Counted from the first letter of the stretch, positions 1-12,303 are shown. The stretch: DNA of 40,787 nt from Batkoa obscura (GCA_030770535.1 JASVEC010000149.1:1-40787), one strand, 5' to 3'. Numbers and translations are program-made. Notes: generated by a model from the sequence alone, not told the origin.

Positions 1-111
1 AAGCGGTTAAAAATATAAAAGGATCACTAATAAAAATAAAAAATCATTGTTTATTTAAAAAGTGTTCTCTCTTGGTCTTATAAAATTGATAATGAACTCC
101 AATGCTACTAT

Positions 112-1760
112 TTATCTACGGTCTCTTTTATATTCATTTCTTTCAGATCTAAATATTCTATTTAATTTTGATAATAACAATATTATTAATAATTTACCTA
201 TCATCTAAACCTCTTTTAATTTCTTTTTTGTCTCCAAATAATTTATCAACTTCATCATCAATATAATTGTTTGATTTTTCAAATTTAACTGGCCCAGATG
301 GTTCCTACAAAACAAAATTATTATTATTATTATCATAATCATGATATAATACTTACCACTGATGCATCTGCTCCTTTAAAGGCTGCTCTACCACCAAGAG
401 CCCCACTGAATCGATCATCATTTTTGATTTTATCTAATTGAGTTTCAGCATCTTCCATATCTTCTTCCATATTTCTTTTTGGTTTGTAAATCATATTAGC
501 ACTGGATCCAGTAAACAAAGGTTTATTATATAAATCATATGTATCATCATCTTTAAATCCAGATGAAATACCTTCACTTTGATTAAATAATCTAGAATCA
601 AACATGGATTCTTTGGAAAGTGTAGGTTTAGCCAAGCCTAATGCTACCTTTTCACTAATATCACGATTCTCTTGTCTATTACGTTCAATATTAACATCTA
701 CCATTTTAATAGATTACAAAGTAATTACCTTGATATAAATTTAGCTCTTTGTTCTGCACCCATATGAGATAAACGCATTTCACGCTCACGTTCCTTTTGT
801 TTTTCACGTCTTAATTCTTCACGAGCATGTAATTCTTCATCTTCTACTTCTTCATTTTGTTTAGAACCATCAGCATGTAAATGAGCACTAAAATAAATTT
901 TAGACTTTTTACTATTATAAATATTAACTTGATTCTTACCGAGATTCTCTTGCTTTTTGCGCCAAATTGCGTAAACTTTCTTCCTTCTGCATCTTTTCTT
1001 TTTCCGCTACTTTATGTAATAACATATTACGTGTACGTGTTTCATCACGTACTATACGTTCTGCTGAAAATAATGACTCGGATAATATTGCAAACTTATC
1101 ATTAATTTGTACCTAGAGAAATGATATTGCCATTAATAAAATAATAATAATAAATTATAATTACATCTTGTAAACCACGACCATCAGCAGCTAAACGTTT
1201 ATCTAATGGAATGGTATACCCTTTACTATTTTTCCAATTAGAAATACAAGGTGGGATTACCCAATCTTGTTGTTCTTTAGCTGTAACTTTACGAGTGGGT
1301 GAATGTAATACGGGTGCTGGTGGAGAAGGAGGACCTAAAAAGTCATAGTTTTAATTCATTGTTTGACGCGTTTAATTTTATTTCCTAGCTTACCGTTTGG
1401 TACCTTTTTATGTCTAAATTTTGGTGGTTCTAAAGGGTCTACTGGCATCTCTACAACTCTAACAATACGTTGGCGAGCTCCAGAGTTTAAGTTGGCGCCC
1501 TGCTGAGCAGGTGTATATCTGAAGAATATGGGCTTTTTATCATAGGTGTTGATATTTTTGGGTTTTGTTGAAGCAATTTTGCCTTTTAAAATAAGTTAAA
1601 GATTTCAATTTGATTCAATTGTTTGTTTACCTTCAGTTATCTTTTCTAAAGCTAATCGAGTCCTCTCTGCTGTCTCATTAACTACTTCTTTATCAGGTCG
1701 TTGGTTATCTTCATCTTCTTGATATCCAGTGGGCTTTGAGCGTAATACTAATTGATCCAT
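112..1760 (-). CDS. SNW1: SNW/SKIP splicing factor (Prp45 orthologue), 8 exons: 1760-1631, 1582-1394, 1334-1165, 1112-940, 887-729, 675-357, 304-198, 148-112; ~427 aa
   Basis: Manual splicing at GT-AG sites gives one 1284 nt frame with the hallmark motifs DPLEPPKF, GPPSPPAPVLHSP, WVIPPCISNWKNSKGYTIPLDKRLAADGRGLQ and RDISEKVALGLA...FDSRLFNQ. Introns are 48-59 nt. The start codon is tentative. Confidence 0.93.
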
Positions 1761-3124
1761 TTTTGTATTATAATTTTTTTTAAAGAAGTTAGAAGTTATA
1801 AAATCAGGCTGGGTCAAGCTTTAAAATTTTGTTTTGGTAATTAATTTCTTCCAATCAAAAGAAACTCTAATCTTAGCATAATTTTAGTTTTTTTTAGAGA
1901 ATTCTAAGTGTTCAAGCTTTTTTGCCCAAAATTTTAGTCTATGCCTATGGCTTAAGCTAGTTTATACTCTTTTAAAGTCAAAAAAAAATAGCTTGATAAG
2001 TTATCACAAAGCATTGACCATATCGCTAAATATTATTGAAAAAAAAATGCTTAAAAGGACTAAACCCATAAGTGATTTATTAAAAATTATAACCATTAAA
2101 ATAAAGTGCTGGGATAAACTAGAGACCTATATCCCGCTCCATTTGCTTTTTGACAATCGAGCAACAGTCCAGACGAATTCATTAGATCAATGCTAGTCAT
2201 TAGTTTGTAATTTCCAGTAATTTATTTCCTATTACTTTATTATTCTAGTTTTTTTCCTTTTGTAGCTATGGCTATTCTATAAAGTATTAGAAAACTTTTG
2301 CTCGCCTGTATAGAAAATATGCTGTGGTTGTAAACAATGGCCCTATTTAACATATCGGGTCTCTTTTAGATTATACAAGTTATGATAATGATATACTGCT
2401 TTCTAACTATCGCTACTTATTTAATATAAATGGTAAGAAAGAAATAAGTTTCTATAAATGATTTCATTTAGAAATGTCATTTATCTTCTTTAAACGTTTA
2501 TTTTGCACTTTATGATATTAAAGATAATAAAAATAATAATTTTCTAACTTAACGATTCACTCGAATAAGCTTATTTAGCATCCTTTTATTATTAATATTA
2601 CAATAGAATAGAATAACAAAAGTAAAATCCTCTTTATGGTTAACTCTAGTTTTGATTTTTTTTATATTTTAAAAGCATTGTGATAGTGCTTGTTTACTTT
2701 AATAGTTAAGCATGTAGAGATACAATTCAAATAACCTCCATGTGGAATTGGAATGTGATCTGTTTAACTCAATTTAGTTAGTGACTTATTTAATAACAAT
2801 AGAAACTGAAACTTTTGAAGATGATAAAATAATAAATTGTATATTTTGTGGTTTCATTTTGATCAATATAAGGAATATGGTAAACGCCTTATGAACTAAA
2901 ATTAGGGGCTAATTTTAGAAAAGGGGTTAAAAAATACATCTTGATTTTCTAACTTTTTTTAAGGAATAACCATAGTAACTATAAATATTATAAAAACAAA
3001 GGAAAATCAAGTTATCTTTTATTGTAATAATTAAAATAAAATTGACATTATTATAAGATCATTTAACTAATTAATATATATAAACCATACAACTAATTAA
3101 TACAAACAATAGAATTTAACTAAT

Positions 3125-3766
3125 ATGATGAAATTTACTAAAGTTTTTGATAAATATTTAGCAATATTTAAAGATGAAGAAGGTGAATGTAATACAACAA
3201 ACAATAACTCAAATAATGACAACAAATCAAACAATACCATCACTAATTTCAATAACATTTCGATTTCTCTCTTAAATAATAATGAATCAAGTGAAAGTAC
3301 TACTTATATTGCCCCACAACATGCTAAAGGTAGAATATGTAAAAGAAGTTCGATTGAAGCTAAAATGGCATATTGGACAATATCTTTATTAAAAAGTAAA
3401 GATAAAGATAATTCACTTAAACAAAAGGCAATCAACTTAATGGATCCCTATACACTTTATCCTTATGAAATGATGACCTCCTCGGTTATCAACTTACCAA
3501 AAAAGAAAGTGGAAATTGTAAATTCAACTATAAACTCAAATTTAAGTTCAAATACAATTACTCCCAATTTAACCATCTCCTCTGGTGCCTCCTGCAAAGC
3601 TTTGGAAGAAATGAAGCTTATGTTTGAAGAAATGGAGCAGGAGACTATGAACGAAAATGATAAATATTGGCAAGTTTCCGACTTACAAATGGAAGCTATT
3701 AATGATTTTTCTAATAATGAAATTGATCCTGATAACTGTTACGTTATTTCTTCCTATAATCAATAA
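3125..3766 (+). CDS. Hypothetical protein, 213 aa, with an Asn/Ser-rich low-complexity N-terminal part
   Basis: 642 nt uninterrupted ORF in very AT-rich DNA, located in the gene-dense block; no recognisable domain. Confidence 0.65.
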   Translation: MMKFTKVFDKYLAIFKDEEGECNTTNNNSNNDNKSNNTITNFNNISISLLNNNESSESTTYIAPQHAKGRICKRSSIEAKMAYWTISLLKSKDKDNSLKQKAINLMDPYTLYPYEMMTSSVINLPKKKVEIVNSTINSNLSSNTITPNLTISSGASCKALEEMKLMFEEMEQETMNENDKYWQVSDLQMEAINDFSNNEIDPDNCYVISSYNQ

Positions 3767-4025
3767 TTAATTTTACACCAGAATGTACTCTTATAAATTA
3801 AAGTATAAATTATAACTTCTATATTGTTATGATTTAATAAATTAGTGTATTTTATAAGTTATTTCATAACAGTAAATTTTTATTTTTTATGGTATATTTT
3901 TTTATTAACTGCGACAAATCAAGCGGCTTTATTTTGTTCTTTTAATATGTTTTAAACCTACACAATTTTATTGAAATTTAAATAGTTGAATTTTATTTTT
4001 TTTCTTTCTTTTTTATTAAGCAATC

Positions 4026-5486
4026 ATGGCTTTAGTCGATTTATTAAAACCAAAAGAAGATCCAAAAAAATCAGCTACAAACAACTCCTTACCAAAGTCC
4101 TTCTTTGAAGATTTACCACCAGAATGTATTGGGCTTATCCTTAGTTACCTTGATTTTGAAGACCAGATCAGGTGCCTTAGTTTAAGTAAAGCGCTATATG
4201 ACCGTTTTGTAAAAAGGATCTATCGATCAATGCATATTTCAGATATCAAATTTAAAAATAATGCTATAAGTAAACATTCGTCTTGTATTAGAGAGGTTGA
4301 TGCTAGATATGCTTATATTTATCCTAATGGCAGTGTTAATTTACACAGATTAATTAAAAATAATACAAGTGTCAAATATCATTTAAAATGCCCCTCCTTA
4401 TTTTTATATAACGAAGACGGGACCAAAAAATATGAGAACTGTGTACTTGAGCATTTAACTATCGATTATTCTTTAAATAGTGCATGTATTTTAGAAGATT
4501 CTACCAAATTTGAGAAACTAGAAAAGGATAGAGCATTTTCAAAAATCAAATCTATTCATTTCAATAATAATCTCAAAGCTGCCAAGAATCTATTTCCGCT
4601 ATTGAAAGATCAAGTTAAGAGTATTACAATTGAAAATATTGAACAGAATTATTTAAAGAAACCCCTTCAAAACATTTTAAATTTTAGTAATTTAACCGAA
4701 TTGAGATTATTATCCTGCAAACTAAGACTCGGCCACATACAAAATATATTTAATACCGCAAGCAGAAGTTTAAAGCATTTGGAAATTAATTCGTATTCCA
4801 ATTCAGGAAATGGCATGAAAGCGCCCAAGTTATATATTGATGGAAATAAGTGTAAGAGTTTAAGATTCTTAACTTTAGATAGTATCATGTATCGTATTGA
4901 ATTTCAGAATAGTTTAAAGAAACTTAGTACTTTGAGACTTCAAAGTTATAGTTTGAACCAATTAAGTATTCAGCAAGAGAACATTCCAAATGTAAGAGAA
5001 CTATCACTTATATCATGTAACAGTTTAACTGCAAAGTTGATGAAATTAATACTTCGCTCAACAAGCATTACAAGCTTAAAGTTAGATACAAACGATTGTG
5101 AAACTTTGCTTTTAAGAGAGATTTATCCAAGTAAAAAAATCAGGAATAATATTATAAAGATGGATATTACCAGAGCCACGTTTGATGATTACTTTTTAAA
5201 TTATCTGGTGTTTAACTGTAAGAATTTAGAATATTTGATTTTAAAAGATTGTGAGTCCTTATCAGCTAACCGTAGTGTTTTACTAAATGATAAGCAATTT
5301 ACACATAAGATTGAAAGTTTAAGTAAGTTAATTCTAAATAAGGAAGGATTGGAAGAAGAGTTTATTGAATTTATTATTAAGAATTCAATAAACTTAACCA
5401 ATGTTACAATTACGGCTATTGAAGGAAAATGGTTACTACATTGTTTAAGTAAATATCCTAAGATAGCTATGAAGCTTGAAGTATAA
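4026..5486 (+). CDS. F-box / leucine-rich-repeat (RNI-like) protein
   Basis: N-terminal F-box FEDLPPECIGLILSYLDFEDQIRCLSLSKALY, followed by LxxLxL repeats (LTELRL, LKHLEI, LRFLTL, LSTLRL, VRELSL, LEYLIL); 486 aa, intronless. Confidence 0.85.
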   Translation: MALVDLLKPKEDPKKSATNNSLPKSFFEDLPPECIGLILSYLDFEDQIRCLSLSKALYDRFVKRIYRSMHISDIKFKNNAISKHSSCIREVDARYAYIYPNGSVNLHRLIKNNTSVKYHLKCPSLFLYNEDGTKKYENCVLEHLTIDYSLNSACILEDSTKFEKLEKDRAFSKIKSIHFNNNLKAAKNLFPLLKDQVKSITIENIEQNYLKKPLQNILNFSNLTELRLLSCKLRLGHIQNIFNTASRSLKHLEINSYSNSGNGMKAPKLYIDGNKCKSLRFLTLDSIMYRIEFQNSLKKLSTLRLQSYSLNQLSIQQENIPNVRELSLISCNSLTAKLMKLILRSTSITSLKLDTNDCETLLLREIYPSKKIRNNIIKMDITRATFDDYFLNYLVFNCKNLEYLILKDCESLSANRSVLLNDKQFTHKIESLSKLILNKEGLEEEFIEFIIKNSINLTNVTITAIEGKWLLHCLSKYPKIAMKLEV

Positions 5487-6129
5487 TAGTAAATAAAATT
5501 TGGTTTGCATTTTATTTTATTTTGTTATTTTATTGTTTTGTTCTTTGTCTTTCTTGTTCTATTTTAAAACTTGATATAATATATTATGTGTCTCTAATAT
5601 ATTAATAAGTTTAATATTAGATAACTATCATTTATAATGTAACGTAATTTATAGTAAATTTACTCATTTAATATATTACATTTTGATTAAAAACCAATAA
5701 AATTAACTTTATAGATTAAATCCTACCCAATTAGTTGATTTATTTATAAGCTGGAATGTTTAATCTATTTTTAGTTGGTATTAAATTAGAAATAGAAAAA
5801 TGAGCTTTTATTTTATTTTATTAGAAACTATTTTTAATTCAATGAGATCAAGGAGATTGGAAATAGCGCCAAGTTGGTCTAAACATAGAAAGTGTGCGTT
5901 ATGTTACTAAAAAAAAGGTTATTTTTATCTAATTAAAAATCGAGTTTGGGGTTCGTTAGCATTAAATTTCACCACAACATTGTGAATAATAAGTTTAGAA
6001 ATTAAATGAATGAATAAGATTCTAAATTTAAATATAAAGTAACTATAAATAAATAGCAAGAGGACATAATTGTTGAAATATATTTGTTTATTTTTTATCT
6101 TTTTTATAATTAATAAACTTAATTCCATC

Positions 6130-6795
6130 ATGGCTTTACGTATTAAAAGAAACAAACCTTCCCTTCCTAAACTTAATACCACTATCTCAACGAATACTAC
6201 TAATGGTCCTCAACTAAACACTATCGATTCAGTTAGTAAATTAACAAAAGAAACTTTAATGCCATTATATCAAAACCAAGGGCCAATTGAAATAATACCA
6301 GGGTTATATCTCGGAACACAACATGACGCAAATAATACCAAACACCTTATTAAACTTGGCATCGATTCAATTTTAAACGTAGCAGAAGAAGTAGACTCGA
6401 AACCAAACTCACCTTTTGATGGCAATGAAAGTGCAGTAATCAATTACCTAAGTTTAGAATGGTGCCATTATGAAAAAGAGATTATGAGTTATTTTGATAC
6501 AGCTTTTGAATTTATTGACCAAGCACGTATTAACCGTAAAAAGAAAGTATTGGTTCATTGTCAGCTAGGAGTTTCAAGGTCAGCTACTTTAATTATAGCC
6601 TATTTAATGTATAAGATCAATTATACATGCCATGAAGCATACAACTTTGTTAAATCCAAATCATGCAAAGTAGCACCTAATCTACATCTATTTACACAAT
6701 TAATTCAATACGAAATTTATTTAAAAAAGAGTAAAATGTATAAAAGTTGTGAATTTAATAGTCAATTACCATCAAAAAGAATGAAGATAATATAA
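6130..6795 (+). CDS. Dual-specificity protein phosphatase (Msg5/Pmp1-like MAPK phosphatase)
   Basis: PIEIIPGLYLG, ILNVAEEV, catalytic HCQLGVSRS and APNLHL motifs. First in-frame ATG is at 6130 (the track start at 6070 is TTG). Confidence 0.9.
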   Translation: MALRIKRNKPSLPKLNTTISTNTTNGPQLNTIDSVSKLTKETLMPLYQNQGPIEIIPGLYLGTQHDANNTKHLIKLGIDSILNVAEEVDSKPNSPFDGNESAVINYLSLEWCHYEKEIMSYFDTAFEFIDQARINRKKKVLVHCQLGVSRSATLIIAYLMYKINYTCHEAYNFVKSKSCKVAPNLHLFTQLIQYEIYLKKSKMYKSCEFNSQLPSKRMKII

Positions 6796-7177
6796 AATTA
6801 AGTTGATTTCTCTGTGGATTATTGTATTACTCTATTGGACTATAGGAGGAGTTTAATTTATGCTGGGCATCTATTGTTATGTAATTAAATATATTGAATT
6901 GTAATAAAGTAAATTTTTTGTGGTATTTTTAAACTTGATAATATTTTTAATTTATTACTTACTAAGTGACTTATTATAAACTAACTACTGAATGATATAT
7001 GGGAGTGTTTTTTAATCCTATTTATCCATTTTTTCATAACAAACTTTAAAAAAATAACAAAACACTAAACACAGTTCAGATTTTTTGTTTTAATATTTCG
7101 TTTATTATTACCTACCAGTTATCAAGTAATAATTATTGTTATATAATAATAAAATCTCATACCTTATAATATTTATT

Positions 7178-8053
7178 TTATTCTTTCAAATAAGCTCTGG
7201 TGTGATTATTTTTAACCAATCTGCGTTGAAACGGAGCATCTGTACCATGAATCCAGTCCATTAATCCTAATACTCCAAATGTAGAATGATGTGTTTCATG
7301 ATGAAAGTCATGGCGAGCAGCCCATGGAAAGTAAGGTACCTCATAACCTCCATGGGTTACTATTGTACTAATCAAAGTAGCAAACAGATAACAGTAGTGT
7401 GAAACTGGGTGAACATTAAAAATCAAAGGCCCAGAAATACCAGGAATAAGGTTTGATAAGGCAAAATCACTTGGTTCCATATAAAACGCGGCTATCCCAA
7501 TCGGAGCAGAAAATTGATGGTGTTTTTTATGCACGATGGAATAAAGCTTTGGATGATGAAATAATCGATGAATATAATAAAAAAACACTTCTTCACAAAT
7601 GACACATAAAATAACATTGATGATAATTTCTGGCCAAGAAGGTAGTTTAGAGTATAAACTTACATTATCAGCCTTATTAAATGGAGAGCTTGGATGTAGA
7701 AAATAAAGGACTGGGAAATTGAACAGCAAGGAAACGATGATAAAGTTAAACAATACAAGAGGCAAGCTTCCTTTATAATCTTCTATTGTTGGTAACTTAT
7801 TTTTCTGTAATTTTATATCATTTGTTTTTTCTTTTGGTATTAACAGATCGACCACAGCCAGTGTACCGCAAGCTAATGTGAAAGTAACTATGGCTACTAC
7901 AAAACTTCCAAGTCCTACTAATGTAAAATCGTCCGTTTTACTTAGTAGATAATCCCAACTACTTTGTCCATATACTTTGCTCCATATACCAATGATAGAG
8001 AATAGTACTAAATAGCAGATTCGATCAAGAAATATATAGCACTTGGAATTCAT
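7178..8053 (-). CDS. Sterol desaturase / fatty acid hydroxylase superfamily membrane enzyme (FAXDC2/ERG25-like)
   Basis: Three His boxes (HRLFH, HKKHH, HDFHH), the C-terminal FGVLGLMDWIHGTD motif and hydrophobic segments. Confidence 0.9.
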   Translation of the reverse strand: MNSKCYIFLDRICYLVLFSIIGIWSKVYGQSSWDYLLSKTDDFTLVGLGSFVVAIVTFTLACGTLAVVDLLIPKEKTNDIKLQKNKLPTIEDYKGSLPLVLFNFIIVSLLFNFPVLYFLHPSSPFNKADNVSLYSKLPSWPEIIINVILCVICEEVFFYYIHRLFHHPKLYSIVHKKHHQFSAPIGIAAFYMEPSDFALSNLIPGISGPLIFNVHPVSHYCYLFATLISTIVTHGGYEVPYFPWAARHDFHHETHHSTFGVLGLMDWIHGTDAPFQRRLVKNNHTRAYLKE

Positions 8054-8269
8054 TTTATTTTTTTAAGAGATTAGATTTTTTTTAAATACTTTTAAGAAGC
8101 ATTTTTAAAGATTCCATGATTTTTTATTATCCTTGATTTCTATTGTGTATAAGAGTAAATTTCTTTTTAGGCAATTATTTAAAAAGAATGACTAAGATTA
8201 GACTAAAATTGGTATAAAGCTGCTAAAGCACTTAATAATTATAAATACATGACTTCAAACCTAACAAAT

Positions 8270-8367
8270 GGGGATGTATTTTTGTATTTAAGAATTTTAC
8301 TGACAATTTTTCCACATAAATAACGCTTAAAAAATGGAAAAATAATGAAACTAAAAAAAACAGCCCC
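8270..8367. mobile_element. 98 bp MITE (GGGGATGT...CAGCCCC), AAAT TSD
   Basis: Complete copy with AAAT on both sides. Confidence 0.85.
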
Positions 8368-8825
8368 AAATGATTACAAATAGACTGCTTTTTTGCTATT
8401 ACTTATGAAATTATTTTAATAATTTTATAAAATGAGCTTCATATACCTTGAGACTATAGAATTCCTAAAGATTTTAAGTTAAAATCTTATTATATAAAAA
8501 CAAAGCTCTTAAAATATCTTCTTTAAAATTTAAATAGGCAACTAACTCGATTAAATTAAAAAGAATATTTTCCACTTTAATTTAGATTAAACTTTATAAA
8601 ATACATATAGGAATGCTCTTTTTTGTTCACCTTTTTGTCTATTTTCTATACAACGAAAAAAAACATTAGTTATATAGCTAATTAAAAAAACACTTTTATG
8701 TAACTTATACAAAATGATAATAATGTTCATAGCACTTACTATATTTAATCTATTATTTTTACAAAAATTTGAAATTTGAAATAATTATATTATTAAAAAC
8801 TATATGGGGTGTATTTTTGTGTTTA

Positions 8826-9058
8826 ATACAAATAGAAATCAATATGATTATTCAAAAATAAGTGATCATGGTAGTAAGATATCAACATTACAGCCTATTA
8901 TTAAAAATATAAGAAAAATCAAAGATGACCAAATTGAAACTATTGTACAATGTCTACTAAATGATTCAACTATTTCATCAAGATTTAATAAAAAAATAAT
9001 GATAGTAAATGTTTATTATATAATATATATATCAAATAAAAGTAGAAGAATGATATAC
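8826..9058 (+). mobile_element. Internal fragment of the Sola-like transposase gene, interrupted by the 9059 copy
   Basis: Translation NRNQYDYSK...SSRFNKKIMIVN...SNKSRRMIY matches 27145-27370. Confidence 0.75.
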
Positions 9059-9904
9059 GGGGTTGTCTGAATTAGTTTCATTATTTTATCCAATTTTTGA
9101 AAAATTTTGTATTTTAAAAACTTCGCTTAAAATTCTATAAAATCATATCTTTATTAAAATAAAAGTACCCAAACACAGTTCTAAATCATTCTATTATAGC
9201 TCATACTGTAAGTTAGTTGAATTTCTACTAGATCTTAAATACGTGTTCTTATAAAGCTTAATTGAGAAATACCTATTATCAACTGCTTTATAACCAACAT
9301 TGTATATTTGTTATCAAATAAATAATCTATTTTAATGTTATAATTACATCATTAATATATTGCCAAGTTAATAAATAGCTGTATGGGAGGGAGTGGTTAG
9401 CCCCAAAACTATAATTAACCATCCCTAGATAGTACAAGTAATAATAGTTTTTACATACTATTACAGTTACTTGTTCTTTGACTATTTATTAACTTAGCTA
9501 TTAATAGCTTAAGTAATCTTAACATTTAGCAATCTATTTCTATCATTTAACAAACTACTTACTTGCTTAGTAAATATCGAAATTTTGAAATTCTCTGTTA
9601 TCTTTGTAAGGTAAGCCGGGACTGATGTTTTAATTTTCTATTCTCTATAGACTTTATAACTTTAATTGGAACTATATCGCTTTTTTTGATGTATCAGATA
9701 CTGGATAACAATGTAGTTTATTTTTATGTTTAATAAAATGTAAATACTTCTTAATGCCCTGCATCTCTATTATTCTTTTTGTATTTTTGTTTCTTTTATA
9801 CTTTTTAAAAATTATATCTGTTTTCCCATTATTAACAGTCGAGTTATCAATTTTATTATGCTTGCAAATAAAAGCCTCAAACCTTGAAATTAGTTGGTTG
9901 ATAT

Positions 9905-10002
9905 GGGAGTGTTTTTTTTAACTTGATTATTTTTTCCATTTTTAAGCGCTATTTAAGTGGAAAATTTGTTAGTAAGACTCTTAAATATAAAAACACATCC
10001 CC
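9905..10002. mobile_element. 98 bp MITE inside the transposase gene, ATAT TSD
   Basis: The empty site GAAGATATCGATC is seen at ~28218-28230. Confidence 0.9.
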
Positions 10003-10434
10003 ATATCTTCTATTTTACCTAACGCTTCAAAACTACTTTTCCATTTTGAAAGGTTTGCAAAATGTCCATCACTATACTTTTTCCATGATCCTCAGCAAAA
10101 AAATTAAGATTAACACTCAAACTACTGTTTATTTTATGAATTTCTTTAAACATATAGTGTAGAAACTCTTGGGATCTAAAATGATTTCCTGTATCTGCCC
10201 ATATATTAATTTTTGTAAACTTTTTAAATAGAAGCTCTGTAGAGATCAAATCGATTAAACAATCTCCTGCATATGCTGAATCATGATTCAATATTTCAGA
10301 TAAATAATCAAAGTAAACCTTGTCTATTGTTTTATCATCTTTTAAATATAATACACCAAAACCTAATACTGATATAGCTTGTTTATTATAATGATCTAGA
10401 TTTATTAAATCTGGTCTTGTTCCTATTTCCATAT

Positions 10435-10531
10435 GGGAGTGTTTTTTTTGACTTCATTATTTTTTCCATTTTTAAACGCTATTTAGCGGAAAAATTGTTA
10501 GTAAAATTCTTAAACATAAAGATACATCCCC
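10435..10531. mobile_element. MITE at the DFKQN/MEIG site of the transposase, ATAT TSD
   Basis: Flanked by ATAT on both sides; family consensus. Confidence 0.9.
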
Positions 10532-11834
10532 ATATTTTGTTTAAAATCTAAAATTATTATACAACTTTTATTTAATTTTTTAATAGTTTCATTAAATATG
10601 TTTTTTTGAGTATCAACACAGAATTTATGTAATTTGTATAACTTTTCTTCTTTATTAAAAACTTATATTTCTACTTTGTTTTTTATTGCTGTATTTGTTT
10701 TATTTTCAAATAACTTTTTTTTAACTGTATACTGGGCACATATATTACATAAATTTGTTTTTCTTGCTGGATTTTTGAAACTACTTGATATATATTTAAA
10801 AAATGTTGACCTAGCTACTGCTTTATCTTTTAAACCATTCAAATATTTACTGTATGTGATTCTTCTACTTTTATTTGATATATATATTATCTGATGAATA
10901 TTTACTATCGTTATTTTTTTTATTAAATCTTGATGAAATAGTTGAATCATTTAGTAAATATTGTATAATAGTTTCAATTTGGTCCATCTTTAGTTTTTTT
11001 TGTATTTTTAATAATAGGTTTTAATGTTGATATTTTATTATTATTACTTGTTTTTGAATAATCATATTGATTTCTATTTATATTAAACCCAAAACTCTTA
11101 CATTCATCAAAAGAATATACTGAAGCCATAGTTGATAATAACGCTACTTGTTGATTTTATTTCCTGTTTCCCTCAAAGCACTAATTTTATACATTGCTTG
11201 ATTAAGTTTATTATTATCGCTAGTAAACTTTGATAATATATCTTTTCTTTATTTTGTTTTATTATAAAATTCCATAAACCTTGGGTTGTTATAAGTAGCT
11301 CTTAAAATTGATGTAAATGAATTACAATGTTTATATTGTGTACTCCTCCCTATTATATTGAAATTTTGAAAAATTCGATTCGAAAGTTTAGTTATGAAAG
11401 TTTGCATTTTATTTTTATTTCAACAGAAAATAAAGTCAAATAAGTGTATTTATATAATTATATAATTATATAGTTATATATTAAATATCTATTAAATATC
11501 TAACAGAACTAACATAAAATATATAGTTAGGAAAATTAGCTACTTAAGAAAAGGAGACAATTAAAATAAGTTTTAAATAGAGAGATTTAACTTTAGGCTT
11601 TTTAGATTTAACCGTCATGTTAGACACAAATTTAAAAATTTTGAATTTGGATTAATTTCTAAGTAAATTCTGAAATCAATACAGACAACCCCATATGTTT
11701 TTTAAATATTAATACAAAATTTATATAATTTTTGTTATTTTTAGTTTATTTAGTTGTTTATAATAATATCATAAGTTACTTATCCTACTTTATAATAACA
11801 GCTTCTAATATATAATGCTGTTTTATCTTACCAG

Positions 11835-12303
11835 TGTGAAATATCGCTTTGTCAGTCCCATGGTTAATTATAACATAACAATCGCCTAAGCTGTTGTGTT
11901 CTCGAGTTCAGAGGAAATCAATCCCATGTTCTTATTTTGATTTGTTATGAGAATTTCTAGCTCCATCCAAAAAGAATATTATCTTCTCATTTTGATATTT
12001 ATACTTTTCAGAGTATAATAAAAGAGTTTACAGAGTATAATAGTTCGAGGCTTTTTTAACTGAATTATTCCCTGATATCTCGAACATTTAATAAAGCCAC
12101 TAAGTTTTCTTAATAGTATTTTACATAGATTTTACATTAGTATTGTCTATTCTATTTGTCTTATATAGCTTGTAACCTATTACGTGCTATTCCTCATAAT
12201 CCAAGTCTATCTTAGTCACATAAACTAAGACCTTTCGACTTATAGTGTAGTCAACCCAGCAATAGCTGTTCTTGACTCCAAACCCTGAGTACCAGATTTC
12301 ACA
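11835..12303. mobile_element. Solo LTR (469 bp), TG...CA ends, CCAG TSD
   Basis: TGTGAAAT...ATTTCACA termini, 4 bp CCAG direct repeat, internal AATAAA; three copies in the window. Confidence 0.75.

Larger units (their letters stand above)
9059..11692 (-). mobile_element. Full-length disabled Sola-like transposon copy with two MITE insertions
   Basis: TIRs GGGGTTGTCTGAATT at 9059 and GACAACCCC ending at 11692; transposase fragments at 10019-10432 and 10663-10950. Confidence 0.85.

Noticed and set aside
339..704. Track ORFs 339-704 and 1605-1817 as separate genes
   Set aside because: They are exons of the spliced SNW1 gene read into introns.
881..6182. Short ORFs 881-1105, 1993-2196, 4667-4888, 5201-5401, 5925-6182
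   Set aside because: Antisense shadows or non-ATG chance ORFs with no motifs.
6997..7015. ATATGGGAGTGTTTTTT MITE-like terminus between convergent genes
   Set aside because: Only ~15 bp match with no clear second end.
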